Source: Rugosimonospora sp. (GTDB taxonomy: Bacteria > Acidobacteriota > Terriglobia > Acidiferrales > UBA7541). From it: a stretch of DNA of 64,000 nt. Made by a program: the position numbers and the translations under genes. Positions within the stretch are counted from its first letter, which is position 1. Each line of letters opens with the position of its first letter. Under the pieces are notes generated by a model. It did not search any database, was not told the DNA's origin, and worked only from the letters and a program-made list of their open reading frames with translations. Below are positions 56,420 through 64,000 of the stretch, piece by piece. Location: positions 4,169-68,168 of the forward strand of contig DASPYR010000195.1 in NCBI GenBank assembly GCA_035636675.1, in the 5' to 3' direction.

Positions 56420-57955
56420 TTAAATAGAGCTTAACTCCGGCTGAATCGGAAGCTGGACCCTCATCTCCGTGCCCTGCCCGTCGCGATTTACGGCCTGAAT
56501 TTGCCCGCCGTAGGCTGTCACCATGGCTTTGCAGATCGCCAATCCCAGCCCAAATCCTCCGGTAGAACGAGACCGCGAAGGATCACCGCGATAGAATCGC
56601 TGAAAAACATGCGGCAACTGTTCCTCCGGAATGCCCGGACCCGAATCCTCCACGGAAACGCGTGCTGTGCTGCCGCCGTTGCGTATTACCTGAATCGCCA
56701 CTCTCGATCCCGCCGGACTGTACTGCAGTGCGTTCTCCAGCAGATTCACCCAAATCACTTCCAGGTCCTCCGGATCGGCTTGCAGGTGAACCTCCTGCGG
56801 AGCAATCAATTCGATTTCAATGTTGCGCGCCTGGGCCAAAGCCTGGATTCGAGAAATGGCCGCTTCGCACGTAGAAGTGACTTCGGTAGTACCGAGCTTG
56901 CGTTTCATGCCGTTTTCAGCCCACTGTTCGATCCGCGCCAATCTCAATAGGCGGCCGAGCAAATCTTCCAGCCGCCCGCAATCCTCCAGCATGCTTTCCA
57001 AGCCGGCGTGATATTCGTGTTCTGGACGCGGCCGCCGCAACAGAGTTTGCAACGTTGATTTGACGATCGCCACCGAGGTCTTCAGCTCGTGAGCGGCATC
57101 GCTGGTGAAATCGCGCTGCTGGCGGAAGGATTCCCGCAGCCGGTCCAGCACGGTTTCAATGGCCCCGGTAAGGGGAGCCAGCTCTTTCGCCATGGACGCC
57201 TGGGGCGGCGGCCGAAACTCCCAATTGAGCACGGATATCGCTCCCGCCTGGCCGGCCAATTCTCGCAGCGGCTCGAGCCCTCGGCGCACGCCCCAGGCGG
57301 CCACTGCGCTGACGACAAAAAGCAAAAGCAAGCTGACGCCTGCAACAGAAAAGCCCAGTTCCGCGAGCTGCTCACGCATGCCCACCAGGGACGCGGCGTA
57401 AATCACCGTGACTCGCTGCGGCACGCTGATATTTTCTTCGCGATCGAGCACCGGCACCTGCCGCAAAACAATGGATCTGTAAGGAACGCCGTTCACGGCA
57501 AAATTGGCGAATGCGCTGCCTGGATCCAATTCCAACGGAGCTAGCGCCCCGGAGCGGGCCAGGAGCTCGCCGTCGCTCTTGCGAATCTCGAAGAGATCAG
57601 GGTGCCTCGCATTAGAGGAGGCAGGAATCAGCGCAGGATCGAACAGGAGATCGGGAACATTGGCGTCCGAGTAGCGGACGGCAGCAAGTGTGTTTGCGGC
57701 CAAGCCGTTCAGCGCGGCGTCGAAACCGCGGCGCAACTCCCGGCGCGCATAGAGCACTGCAACCGTCGTGAGCGCGGCCGTGAGCACCAGCTGACAGACA
57801 ATCACGCTGGCAATGATGCGGCCCGCCAGCGAAAAAGGTCTGCCCGCAGGTTTAGCCTCACGCCGAAGCGTGGCGAACCATCGCTGCGCTGTTTTCTCAT
57901 TGGCTCCCGCACTGGTTACAGCAGGTTCAGTTTGGGGCCAGCTTCCCGATGCCAC
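56420..57955 (-). CDS. Two-component sensor histidine kinase (periplasmic sensor, HAMP, HisKA, HATPase)
   Basis: 511 aa. Two TM helices flank a periplasmic domain of about 150 aa. H-box SDAAHELKTSV, plus N/G boxes. Confidence 0.85.
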   Translation of the reverse strand: MASGSWPQTEPAVTSAGANEKTAQRWFATLRREAKPAGRPFSLAGRIIASVIVCQLVLTAALTTVAVLYARRELRRGFDAALNGLAANTLAAVRYSDANVPDLLFDPALIPASSNARHPDLFEIRKSDGELLARSGALAPLELDPGSAFANFAVNGVPYRSIVLRQVPVLDREENISVPQRVTVIYAASLVGMREQLAELGFSVAGVSLLLLFVVSAVAAWGVRRGLEPLRELAGQAGAISVLNWEFRPPPQASMAKELAPLTGAIETVLDRLRESFRQQRDFTSDAAHELKTSVAIVKSTLQTLLRRPRPEHEYHAGLESMLEDCGRLEDLLGRLLRLARIEQWAENGMKRKLGTTEVTSTCEAAISRIQALAQARNIEIELIAPQEVHLQADPEDLEVIWVNLLENALQYSPAGSRVAIQVIRNGGSTARVSVEDSGPGIPEEQLPHVFQRFYRGDPSRSRSTGGFGLGLAICKAMVTAYGGQIQAVNRDGQGTEMRVQLPIQPELSSI

Positions 57956-57990
57956 CTGAATGCTTCCTTTCCAAGGCGTGTGAATTGAGC

Positions 57991-58677
57991 TTACGTACGT
58001 TCGCGCTCAGGACGCAAAACGTAACCGTGGCCGCGCACCGTGTGAATGAGCTTCACCGGATCATTGCTGTCAATCTTGCGTCGGAGCCCGGAAATGTAAA
58101 CTTCGATCACGTTGCTGAATTTCTCCCAATTGTAGTCGTAAAGGTGCTCCAGCAGCTCGCTCTTGGAGATCACCGCGCGCGGCCGGTGGGCAAGGTATTC
58201 CAGAACGCGATATTCCATGGGCACAAGCGCGATCTCCTTCTGGCCGCGCCGCACCGTGCGCTCGATGGTATTCAACTGAAGGTCGGCCACGGAAAGCACC
58301 GGAGACCTTTGCCCCTTTCCGCGTCGAACCAGAGCTTTGGCTCGGGCCAGAAATTCGCCCAGATCAAAGGGCTTGGAAACGTAATCGTCAGCCCCCGCGT
58401 TGAGCAGGCGCACCACGTTCTCTTTCTCATCCCGGGCGGTCAGCACGAGAACTGGCGTGGCCAGGCCTTTTTTGCGGTACTGCGCCAGCAAACTCTGTCC
58501 ATCCAATTTAGGCAGCATGAGATCGAGGACCATGAGGTCGTAGGCGCTCGATTCCGCCAGGTACAAGCCTTCCTCACCGTCACCCGCGATATCCACCGCA
58601 TAACCCGCGCTCTCTCGCAGCGCGCGCGCCACGTTCTCAGCGAGCCGTTTCTCGTCCTCGACCACCAGTACTCGCAA
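57991..58677 (-). CDS. OmpR-family response regulator
   Basis: 228 aa. REC domain (MRVLVVEDE..VLDLMLPKLDG) and a winged-helix domain (..IHTVRGHGYVL). Confidence 0.9.
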   Translation of the reverse strand: MRVLVVEDEKRLAENVARALRESAGYAVDIAGDGEEGLYLAESSAYDLMVLDLMLPKLDGQSLLAQYRKKGLATPVLVLTARDEKENVVRLLNAGADDYVSKPFDLGEFLARAKALVRRGKGQRSPVLSVADLQLNTIERTVRRGQKEIALVPMEYRVLEYLAHRPRAVISKSELLEHLYDYNWEKFSNVIEVYISGLRRKIDSNDPVKLIHTVRGHGYVLRPERERT

Positions 58678-58717
58678 ATCCCCTCCTAAGAAGTCGCCGA
58701 CATTCCTGCGTTACCCA

Positions 58718-59341
58718 CTAAAACCACGTGCCCGGATATTTCACCGAACAGCCGTAAGGCCGGCTTGCCGGCGTGGTCACCGGCTTTCCCGCTATGGCTT
58801 CCTCGAGCGCCTGAGAAAGATAATTCCGCGCACGCCCGATATCCGCCTGATCGGTCGTGGGCTTATCATCAATCGCGCCGTCATAAACCAGCGTTCCCTG
58901 CGGATTGATTACAAACATCTGCGGCGTGGTTTTCGCATCGTAGAGGTGCCCCAGAGTTCCCGTGGGGTCAAGCAGCACGGCGCTAGGCGCCGCATTGATT
59001 TGCCTGAGCCAGGAGTTTTCTTCCGCCGCCGTTACATATCCCTGCTTACGCGGCGCCGAGGAGATGACGGTCAGCCAGATCACTCCCCGCAGCATCCATG
59101 CGCGTTGCAAGCGCTGCATATTCCCGCTGTTGTAATGCTTCTGTGTGTAAGGGCAACCCCGGTTGCTCCACTCGAGAACCACGAACTTCCCGGCATAATC
59201 GGAAAGCTTCTGCGTCTTGCCATTCGTATCTGTGACGGAAAAATCGGGGGCGCGTTCGCCCACTCGCGCCGCCTGGGCCAGGGGCAACGTGCAGAACACA
59301 GCCGCGGCTACGATTATCCAGCAAGTCGCCGCTCGCTTCAT
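58718..59341 (-). CDS. Periplasmic thioredoxin-fold (redoxin/AhpC-TSA-like) protein with a CPYT motif
   Basis: Signal peptide (..PLAQA|A). The block APDFSVTDTNGKTQKLSDYAGKFVVLEWSNRGCPYT has the redoxin layout but CxxT instead of CxxC. A second Cys lies near the C-terminus (YGCSVKY). Confidence 0.65.
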   Translation of the reverse strand: MKRAATCWIIVAAAVFCTLPLAQAARVGERAPDFSVTDTNGKTQKLSDYAGKFVVLEWSNRGCPYTQKHYNSGNMQRLQRAWMLRGVIWLTVISSAPRKQGYVTAAEENSWLRQINAAPSAVLLDPTGTLGHLYDAKTTPQMFVINPQGTLVYDGAIDDKPTTDQADIGRARNYLSQALEEAIAGKPVTTPASRPYGCSVKYPGTWF

Positions 59342-59406
59342 CTTCCCTCCCCTTGCTTCCGAAGAGTTTGAAGCAGCGAAGATAAACGCCCGATTAACAC
59401 GACCGA

Positions 59407-60243
59407 TTACTTCTTGCTGCCCGCCACAGGCGCCGAAACTTCAAATGCGCGGCCCGGGCCAAGCACCACGACGCCCTTCAACACGCTGATCGGCTTCAAG
59501 AGCTGGTCCGATTTCTTAAGCTTAATCTGCACGCCGCGCGGATTTGGCGCCACGCCCTGCGCCGCGGAGTTATCGATCTGCTCTTCTTCCAGTGGGAAAA
59601 AAGTGGCCTTGCTGTCGCTTGCTCCGGTGTCCAGCGAAAGCAGGAAAAAGCCGCCATTCTCGCTGGCCTGGGCCTTCCAGTTCGCGGGCCACGCTTTCGG
59701 TACGTGATCGAAGGTGCTGCGGAATAGCTCGCGATCAGCCGCCGCGTTCGCGGCATTCGCCGATGGAATCGATAGGTTGGCCTGAGCCTTTGCCGGTATG
59801 CACACCTCGCGGCAGATCAGATAACGAATATCCGCGGATATCGTCACCGGCTTCGCCGGTTTGTAGCCGGCCGGGACTTGCATCCGCACCGGAAGCAGCA
59901 CGCGCCCCTCATAGCCGTAGTCAATCACGGTGCCGGTACCCAGGCGCACCGGAGTCGGCCAGCGAATCTCTTTAGCTTGAAACCCGGGCGGAACCTGCCA
60001 CTGTATTTTCGGCGGCTCTCCCGAATCGCCCGGATTCACCCAATAAATGTGCCAGCCCTTCTCGAGATCGAATAAGACGCCGACCCAGGCAGCTTGCCCG
60101 GGCGGCAGCGAATTATTCTCGGCAATCAGTCCCACTTTCGCATGAGTGGCTGTGAACGATTGCGCAGCGGCGCCGATGGCACATGCGAATCCCAGCAGCA
60201 GAATCGCCATGCGGAGCGAAAAACGTCGAGAAGACAAAAGCAT
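59407..60243 (-). CDS. Stand-alone DsbD-alpha-like (DsbD N-terminal / DsbC-corrector type) periplasmic protein
   Basis: Signal peptide, GWHIYWVNPGDSGEPPKIQW, and a Cys pair in YLICREVCIP, which fits the WLvCke.CIP signature I recall for this domain. No membrane domain is present. Confidence 0.6.
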   Translation of the reverse strand: MLLSSRRFSLRMAILLLGFACAIGAAAQSFTATHAKVGLIAENNSLPPGQAAWVGVLFDLEKGWHIYWVNPGDSGEPPKIQWQVPPGFQAKEIRWPTPVRLGTGTVIDYGYEGRVLLPVRMQVPAGYKPAKPVTISADIRYLICREVCIPAKAQANLSIPSANAANAAADRELFRSTFDHVPKAWPANWKAQASENGGFFLLSLDTGASDSKATFFPLEEEQIDNSAAQGVAPNPRGVQIKLKKSDQLLKPISVLKGVVVLGPGRAFEVSAPVAGSKK

Positions 60244-60266
60244 ATTGATGTAACCCTCCGCAAACG

Positions 60267-61532
60267 CTATAACCCGCCGGAAGACGGCCTGCCCGTTTGA
60301 GAATTCTCCGCCAGGAGGCGTTGTACCAGACCTCGCACTTCCCCCTTCAGCCGCACATACTCTTGGCCTGTAGCCTGGCTTGCAAATCCCGCATGCACGC
60401 TCCGCACGCGGCCGTCGCGTCCTAAATAAATGGTCGTGGGATAAGCGCCGAAATTCACGAGTTGGGGAATCTTTTGATTCACTTCATCGGGGGTGCCGGC
60501 CAGCAGCATCGGATATTGTATGCTGTAGCGCCTGATGAAGCTCTCCACGCGCGGCCGCGCCAGAGCCGGATCCGCATCCGCCTCGAACATCAAGCCCACA
60601 ATTTCCAATCCTTGCGAATGAAATTCCTTATATAACTCGACCAGGAATGGCGCCTCGTCGTGGCAATTCGGGCACCAGCTTCCGCCGATCGCCAAGAGCA
60701 CGACCTTGCCCTTGAATCGCGCATCCGTATTGGAAACAATCTTTCCGTCCAGATCCGGAAAGCTGAACCGGAAAGCTACGCTGGGATCTTTCACGCCAGT
60801 GTAACGCGAAGGATCAGGCGGATCGGGAACGCCCTTCGCTCTGGCCTCGCTCTTCCGCACGGCCACATAATTGGCTGCCCGGTCCAATGAAATCGCGAGC
60901 GTGCCGTCCGAATTTAGTTTGGCCTCAAACAGCAGAGGGTTGGCTCCGGCAAAATGGCTCAGGACGAGCCGGCCATTTTGCCAGCGGCCGATGAGGTAGC
61001 CGGTGTCGCCGTCCACTCGCAGAATCGAACCGGAAACCTCCGCCCCCGATTGGCGCAAGAAGAGACTCCAGGTGCGCGTATCGCTAGGGCTCCTGGCCTC
61101 CTGAGCCACGCGCCGCATCTCCCAACTCCCTGCAACTTTGGGAGCATCGGTCGTGCTGGCCGGGGCGGGCACGAAGCGGTGCCCGCGGATTTCCAGGGCC
61201 CAGGAATTTGGCCGGTTGTCGCGATAAATGCCGTGAAGCTGGTCGCCCTCGAAGATAGCTTCGAGCGTGGTATTGAGATAGTCGTACTTGAGCATTAGAC
61301 GCCCATTGGCGACGCTTCCCGATGTCGAACCCAGCTTGGCGTCCCCCTCGAAGAAGAAGCCTTGCACCTGATTGCCGTTTTGGGCGATCTCGAATCGGAA
61401 GGGAATCTCCACGCGATTCACGATGACCGTCGCGTCCCACAAACCCGTAACATTCGTGGCGGAAATACCGGGCGGGCTTGATGCCAGCCAGATCGCTACA
61501 ACCGTGATACAGAGGGTCAGAAGCCTTCTCAC
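60267..61532 (-). CDS. TlpA-like periplasmic thiol:disulfide oxidoreductase with a large N-terminal extension
   Basis: C-terminal thioredoxin fold with GKVVLLAIGGSWCPNCHDEAP (WCPNC). Signal peptide. An N-terminal region of about 230 aa is made of two similar modules. Confidence 0.75.
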   Translation of the reverse strand: MRRLLTLCITVVAIWLASSPPGISATNVTGLWDATVIVNRVEIPFRFEIAQNGNQVQGFFFEGDAKLGSTSGSVANGRLMLKYDYLNTTLEAIFEGDQLHGIYRDNRPNSWALEIRGHRFVPAPASTTDAPKVAGSWEMRRVAQEARSPSDTRTWSLFLRQSGAEVSGSILRVDGDTGYLIGRWQNGRLVLSHFAGANPLLFEAKLNSDGTLAISLDRAANYVAVRKSEARAKGVPDPPDPSRYTGVKDPSVAFRFSFPDLDGKIVSNTDARFKGKVVLLAIGGSWCPNCHDEAPFLVELYKEFHSQGLEIVGLMFEADADPALARPRVESFIRRYSIQYPMLLAGTPDEVNQKIPQLVNFGAYPTTIYLGRDGRVRSVHAGFASQATGQEYVRLKGEVRGLVQRLLAENSQTGRPSSGGL

Positions 61533-61597
61533 AGTTTCAAAATTATAGCACCAGCTCAGGGCACGGAAACTCCGGAAACCCCGAAGCAGGAGCCGGC

Positions 61598-62419
61598 TTA
61601 GTGGGTCATGGGATAGATGATGTAGTTGATGCCCATGCGATAGGCAAAGGAAGAAAAGCGCTCCGGATAGCGCGGATCATCGGCATGCTCCCAAGCATCG
61701 CCGATGTGCATATTGAAGCAGATAGCCACCATGATGCGGCCGTTTTCATCACGAATCGCCTTCCACTCCGGATAAATGCCATCGTTCTCGTAGGTCCTAC
61801 CGGTATATATATATTGATAGCCGGGCACCTGCGGCCGTTCGTCCAAATCGTACAGAACGTGGAAAATCTCATCCTTGTTGGTCAAATCCTCGATGGGCCG
61901 GTCGGGCAGAATCTTGCGCATTCCGATCATGAAACTGGCCCAGGCCGCGGCTCCGTGAAAGCTGTCCACAATCAGGAAGCCGCCGCGCTGCAGGTAATTG
62001 CGCATGCGCTTGGCCTGCTCATCGTTGAAGTCCCAATTGGCCACATTGACGGCGTATAGCCAGGGCCAATTGAAAACCTCATCACTGTCTGGATCGATCA
62101 CTTCCTGGTAGGGACGCGCGTCAATGCGCGTCAGGCGGAGAACCCCCTGCACAAATTGCCGGTCGGCCCGGGGATAATCTTCCGACCAGCCGCCATTGCG
62201 GAACATGCCGAAGTCGCCGAATCCCCCGTAGCTGGCCATGCGGATGGGATAGCGGAGGCGGGCAAAGGCAAATTCATCTTTCTGTTCCTCGTTGCCTTCG
62301 CGATAACCGCGGTAGCCGCCGTAGCCGCCGCCATAGTAACCCTGCTGCAGCGCCAGCAGAGTGGCACCGGAGCCCACGAACAACAGCAGCAGCAAACCGC
62401 GCGCCAGCGATTTCGTCAT
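61598..62419 (-). CDS. DUF4159-like secreted/anchored protein
   Basis: 273 aa. N-terminal hydrophobic segment, a Gly/Tyr-rich stretch QQGYYGGGYGGYRGYREG, then blocks (NWPWLYA, GGFLIVDSFHG, DAWEHADD) that I recall as DUF4159. The family call is from memory only. Confidence 0.5.
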   Translation of the reverse strand: MTKSLARGLLLLLFVGSGATLLALQQGYYGGGYGGYRGYREGNEEQKDEFAFARLRYPIRMASYGGFGDFGMFRNGGWSEDYPRADRQFVQGVLRLTRIDARPYQEVIDPDSDEVFNWPWLYAVNVANWDFNDEQAKRMRNYLQRGGFLIVDSFHGAAAWASFMIGMRKILPDRPIEDLTNKDEIFHVLYDLDERPQVPGYQYIYTGRTYENDGIYPEWKAIRDENGRIMVAICFNMHIGDAWEHADDPRYPERFSSFAYRMGINYIIYPMTH

Positions 62420-62522
62420 GGCAGGTCTCTATCCGCAGAGTATCAGAATCGGGCTACTTTCTCCAATTGGGCGGCCGCGCCGAGTGCATTCCTGGCAACT
62501 CGGCTAACCATTGGATTCCCAA

Positions 62523-63986
62523 TCACGAATAACGGAACAGCGCCTTAAAGCCAAAATCCATGTGCATCTGATTGTGACAATGGAAAAGCGTTAAGCCCGG
62601 CTGATCAGCCATCAGGTCCACGGCTACGCGCCCAAACTGAGGTACGACCACGGTGTCTTTCATAACGCCGCCCGTCGGCTTGCCATTGATTTCCACGATC
62701 TCGAAAAGATGCCGATGGATGTGCAGGGGATGGTCATCGTCAGTGCGGTTACGAAAGAAGATGCGATATTTCGAGCCCGGACGAAGCACAAATTCGTCCT
62801 CGTGCGGAAATTCCTTGCTGTTGATGGTCCAGTGGTTGAAGCCATGCACGCCGCCGGGAACCTTCTCGAAGATCATGTCGATCGTCTCTGGCGGCGCAGA
62901 CGGCGCCGTGGGGCGGCCGAAAACCATGTAGTCCCAGGTGCGATTCGCCGGCCGCAAAAACTGCGGCTGCCCTTTCTGGTTTTCGTACTCGACGATGATG
63001 CCCAAGCCCGCGTTGCGATCGGCATCGGCGGTCGCACCGAGCGCCCAGACGCCGGGCCGGTTCATATCCACGAAACAATCGACGCGCTCGCCGGGACCCA
63101 TGGCGATCACGTCCACCGCTTGGGGAGTTGGCACCGGATTGCCATCCAGGGCGAAGATTTGAAATTTATGGCCTGTCAGCGCGATCTTCCGGTTGGAGGT
63201 GGCGCAGGCGTTCAGGAAATGGAACAGGAGGCGCTGCCCTTGCTTCACCTGAATCGGCGGGCCTCCGCCCATCAGCTTATCGTTGATGGAAACGACGCGA
63301 TAGACCGCTTCGTAGCCATTGGGTCCCCGGGGCATGCGGGTCGGTTTTTCCGGCGTCGGCGCGTTGGGGTCTTCGTCCTCGTCATCTTCATCTTCGTTGG
63401 CGAGAAAAGGCTCCCAATCACGTAGTGCCAGAAAGTGTTCCTGGTCGTATTTCCCGGGGTCTTTTCCGGAATCGATATAAAAGAATCCGTATTGGCCGGT
63501 ATAAGTCCCGCGATGCAGATCGGAGAGGGCCATGGTGTGCGTGTGATACCAGCGGGAGCCCGCGGGACCCGGAGTGAATTGGTAGCGGTAGCGCCCGTGC
63601 GGCGGAATCATGGGCGTGCCCTCTTCTTCCGCGCCGTCCACTTCGGAAGGAATGAGCTGCCCATGCCAATGGACGAGTTCGGGCACGTCAGTATCGTTGA
63701 CGACGTCGATGGTTATCGGTTTGCCCTCGCGCACGCGGATCAGCGGGCCCGGCGAGGTTCCGTTATAACCGATGGTGCTGAGGGACCGGTAAGGGGCGAG
63801 TTCCACCAGGACCGGCGCGATTTTCAGCGTGAAATCCGCGGGCGTCTGCGGCGCGCCAGAGTTCCGATTTTGCGTCGGGTTTTGCATCTGGGGCATTTGT
63901 GGCGCTTGCTGTGCAGGCAGCAATCTGCCAAGTCCCAAACCACCGGCGAGCGCGCCCCCTACCTTGATGAAGTTGCGTCGGTCCAT
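62523..63986 (-). CDS. Tat-exported three-domain multicopper oxidase
   Basis: Twin-arginine signal MDRRNFIKVGG. All four Cu-ligand motifs are present: HWHG, WYHTH, HPLHIHRH and HCHNQMHMDFG. Confidence 0.9.
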   Translation of the reverse strand: MDRRNFIKVGGALAGGLGLGRLLPAQQAPQMPQMQNPTQNRNSGAPQTPADFTLKIAPVLVELAPYRSLSTIGYNGTSPGPLIRVREGKPITIDVVNDTDVPELVHWHGQLIPSEVDGAEEEGTPMIPPHGRYRYQFTPGPAGSRWYHTHTMALSDLHRGTYTGQYGFFYIDSGKDPGKYDQEHFLALRDWEPFLANEDEDDEDEDPNAPTPEKPTRMPRGPNGYEAVYRVVSINDKLMGGGPPIQVKQGQRLLFHFLNACATSNRKIALTGHKFQIFALDGNPVPTPQAVDVIAMGPGERVDCFVDMNRPGVWALGATADADRNAGLGIIVEYENQKGQPQFLRPANRTWDYMVFGRPTAPSAPPETIDMIFEKVPGGVHGFNHWTINSKEFPHEDEFVLRPGSKYRIFFRNRTDDDHPLHIHRHLFEIVEINGKPTGGVMKDTVVVPQFGRVAVDLMADQPGLTLFHCHNQMHMDFGFKALFRYS

Positions 63987-64000
63987 CTTTCCTCTCTTCC

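Noticed and set aside
49967-63986. Reading the whole 14-kb block as a classical Cus/Cop copper-resistance island
   Set aside because: The RND permease has the AcrB-type DD motif in TM4. No CusF/CopZ/CopB/P-type ATPase genes are present in the window. Only the MCO and the thiol-redox genes point to copper, so I split the block into separate, more cautious findings.
1-64000. Search for tRNA, rRNA, tmRNA, RNase P, SRP RNA, CRISPR repeats, IS elements or integrases
   Set aside because: Intergenic regions longer than 100 nt showed no T-loop (GGTTCGAATCC-like) or other hallmark motifs by eye. There are no regularly spaced direct repeats, and no transposase, recombinase or phage-like ORFs. Absence is based on visual scanning only; tRNAscan-SE, Infernal and CRISPR finders should confirm it.

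Overview
GC-rich bacterial chromosomal segment. The gene content looks Acidobacteriota-like, but that is an inference I cannot verify. I call about 58 protein genes, roughly five-sixths of them on the minus strand. I found no rRNA, tRNA, CRISPR array, transposase, integrase or phage genes. Layout: (1) 1-17.4 kb is one large type IV pilus (T4P) locus. In minus-strand reading order it is pilB2-pilT-pilC2-pilS-pilR, then two tandem GT-C membrane glycosyltransferase paralogues on the opposite strand, then a sigma54-type promoter, pilA1, a strong hairpin, pilA2, a LolA-like gene, pilC1, pilB1 and pilM-pilN-pilO (pilO is cut by the window edge). (2) 17.7-21.4 kb is an NtrY/NtrX-like sigma54 two-component pair. 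(3) 21.4-25.4 kb is era plus phoH-ybeY-corC, with a truncated VIT1/CCC1 remnant between corC and era. (4) 25.6-27.8 kb is a TPM / nucleotidyltransferase-like / LemA trio. (5) 27.9-47.3 kb is housekeeping: rpsT, holA, lptE, an Asd-like paralogue, pssA, psd, DUF465, rimI, tsaB, carD, tsaD, galU, an FmdB zinc ribbon, rsmI, dus, blaI-like, an OB+HD nuclease, a SurA-like PPIase, mfd, an RfaE-II-like adenylyltransferase and a geranylgeranyl-reductase-family flavoprotein. (6) 47.4-64.0 kb is a same-strand envelope block: XRE regulator, two secreted proteins, an AcrB-type RND tripartite pump with an OmpR/HK pair, three periplasmic thiol-redox proteins, a DUF4159-like protein and a Tat-exported multicopper oxidase. 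No recognisable defence or mobile system is present. The best candidates for something undescribed are the pilin-adjacent GT-C pair inside a T4P locus with duplicated motor and platform genes, the thiol-redox/DUF4159/multicopper-oxidase block that lacks a membrane electron donor, and the TPM-NTase(DxN)-LemA trio. All three are hypotheses from sequence reading and synteny, not demonstrated systems.
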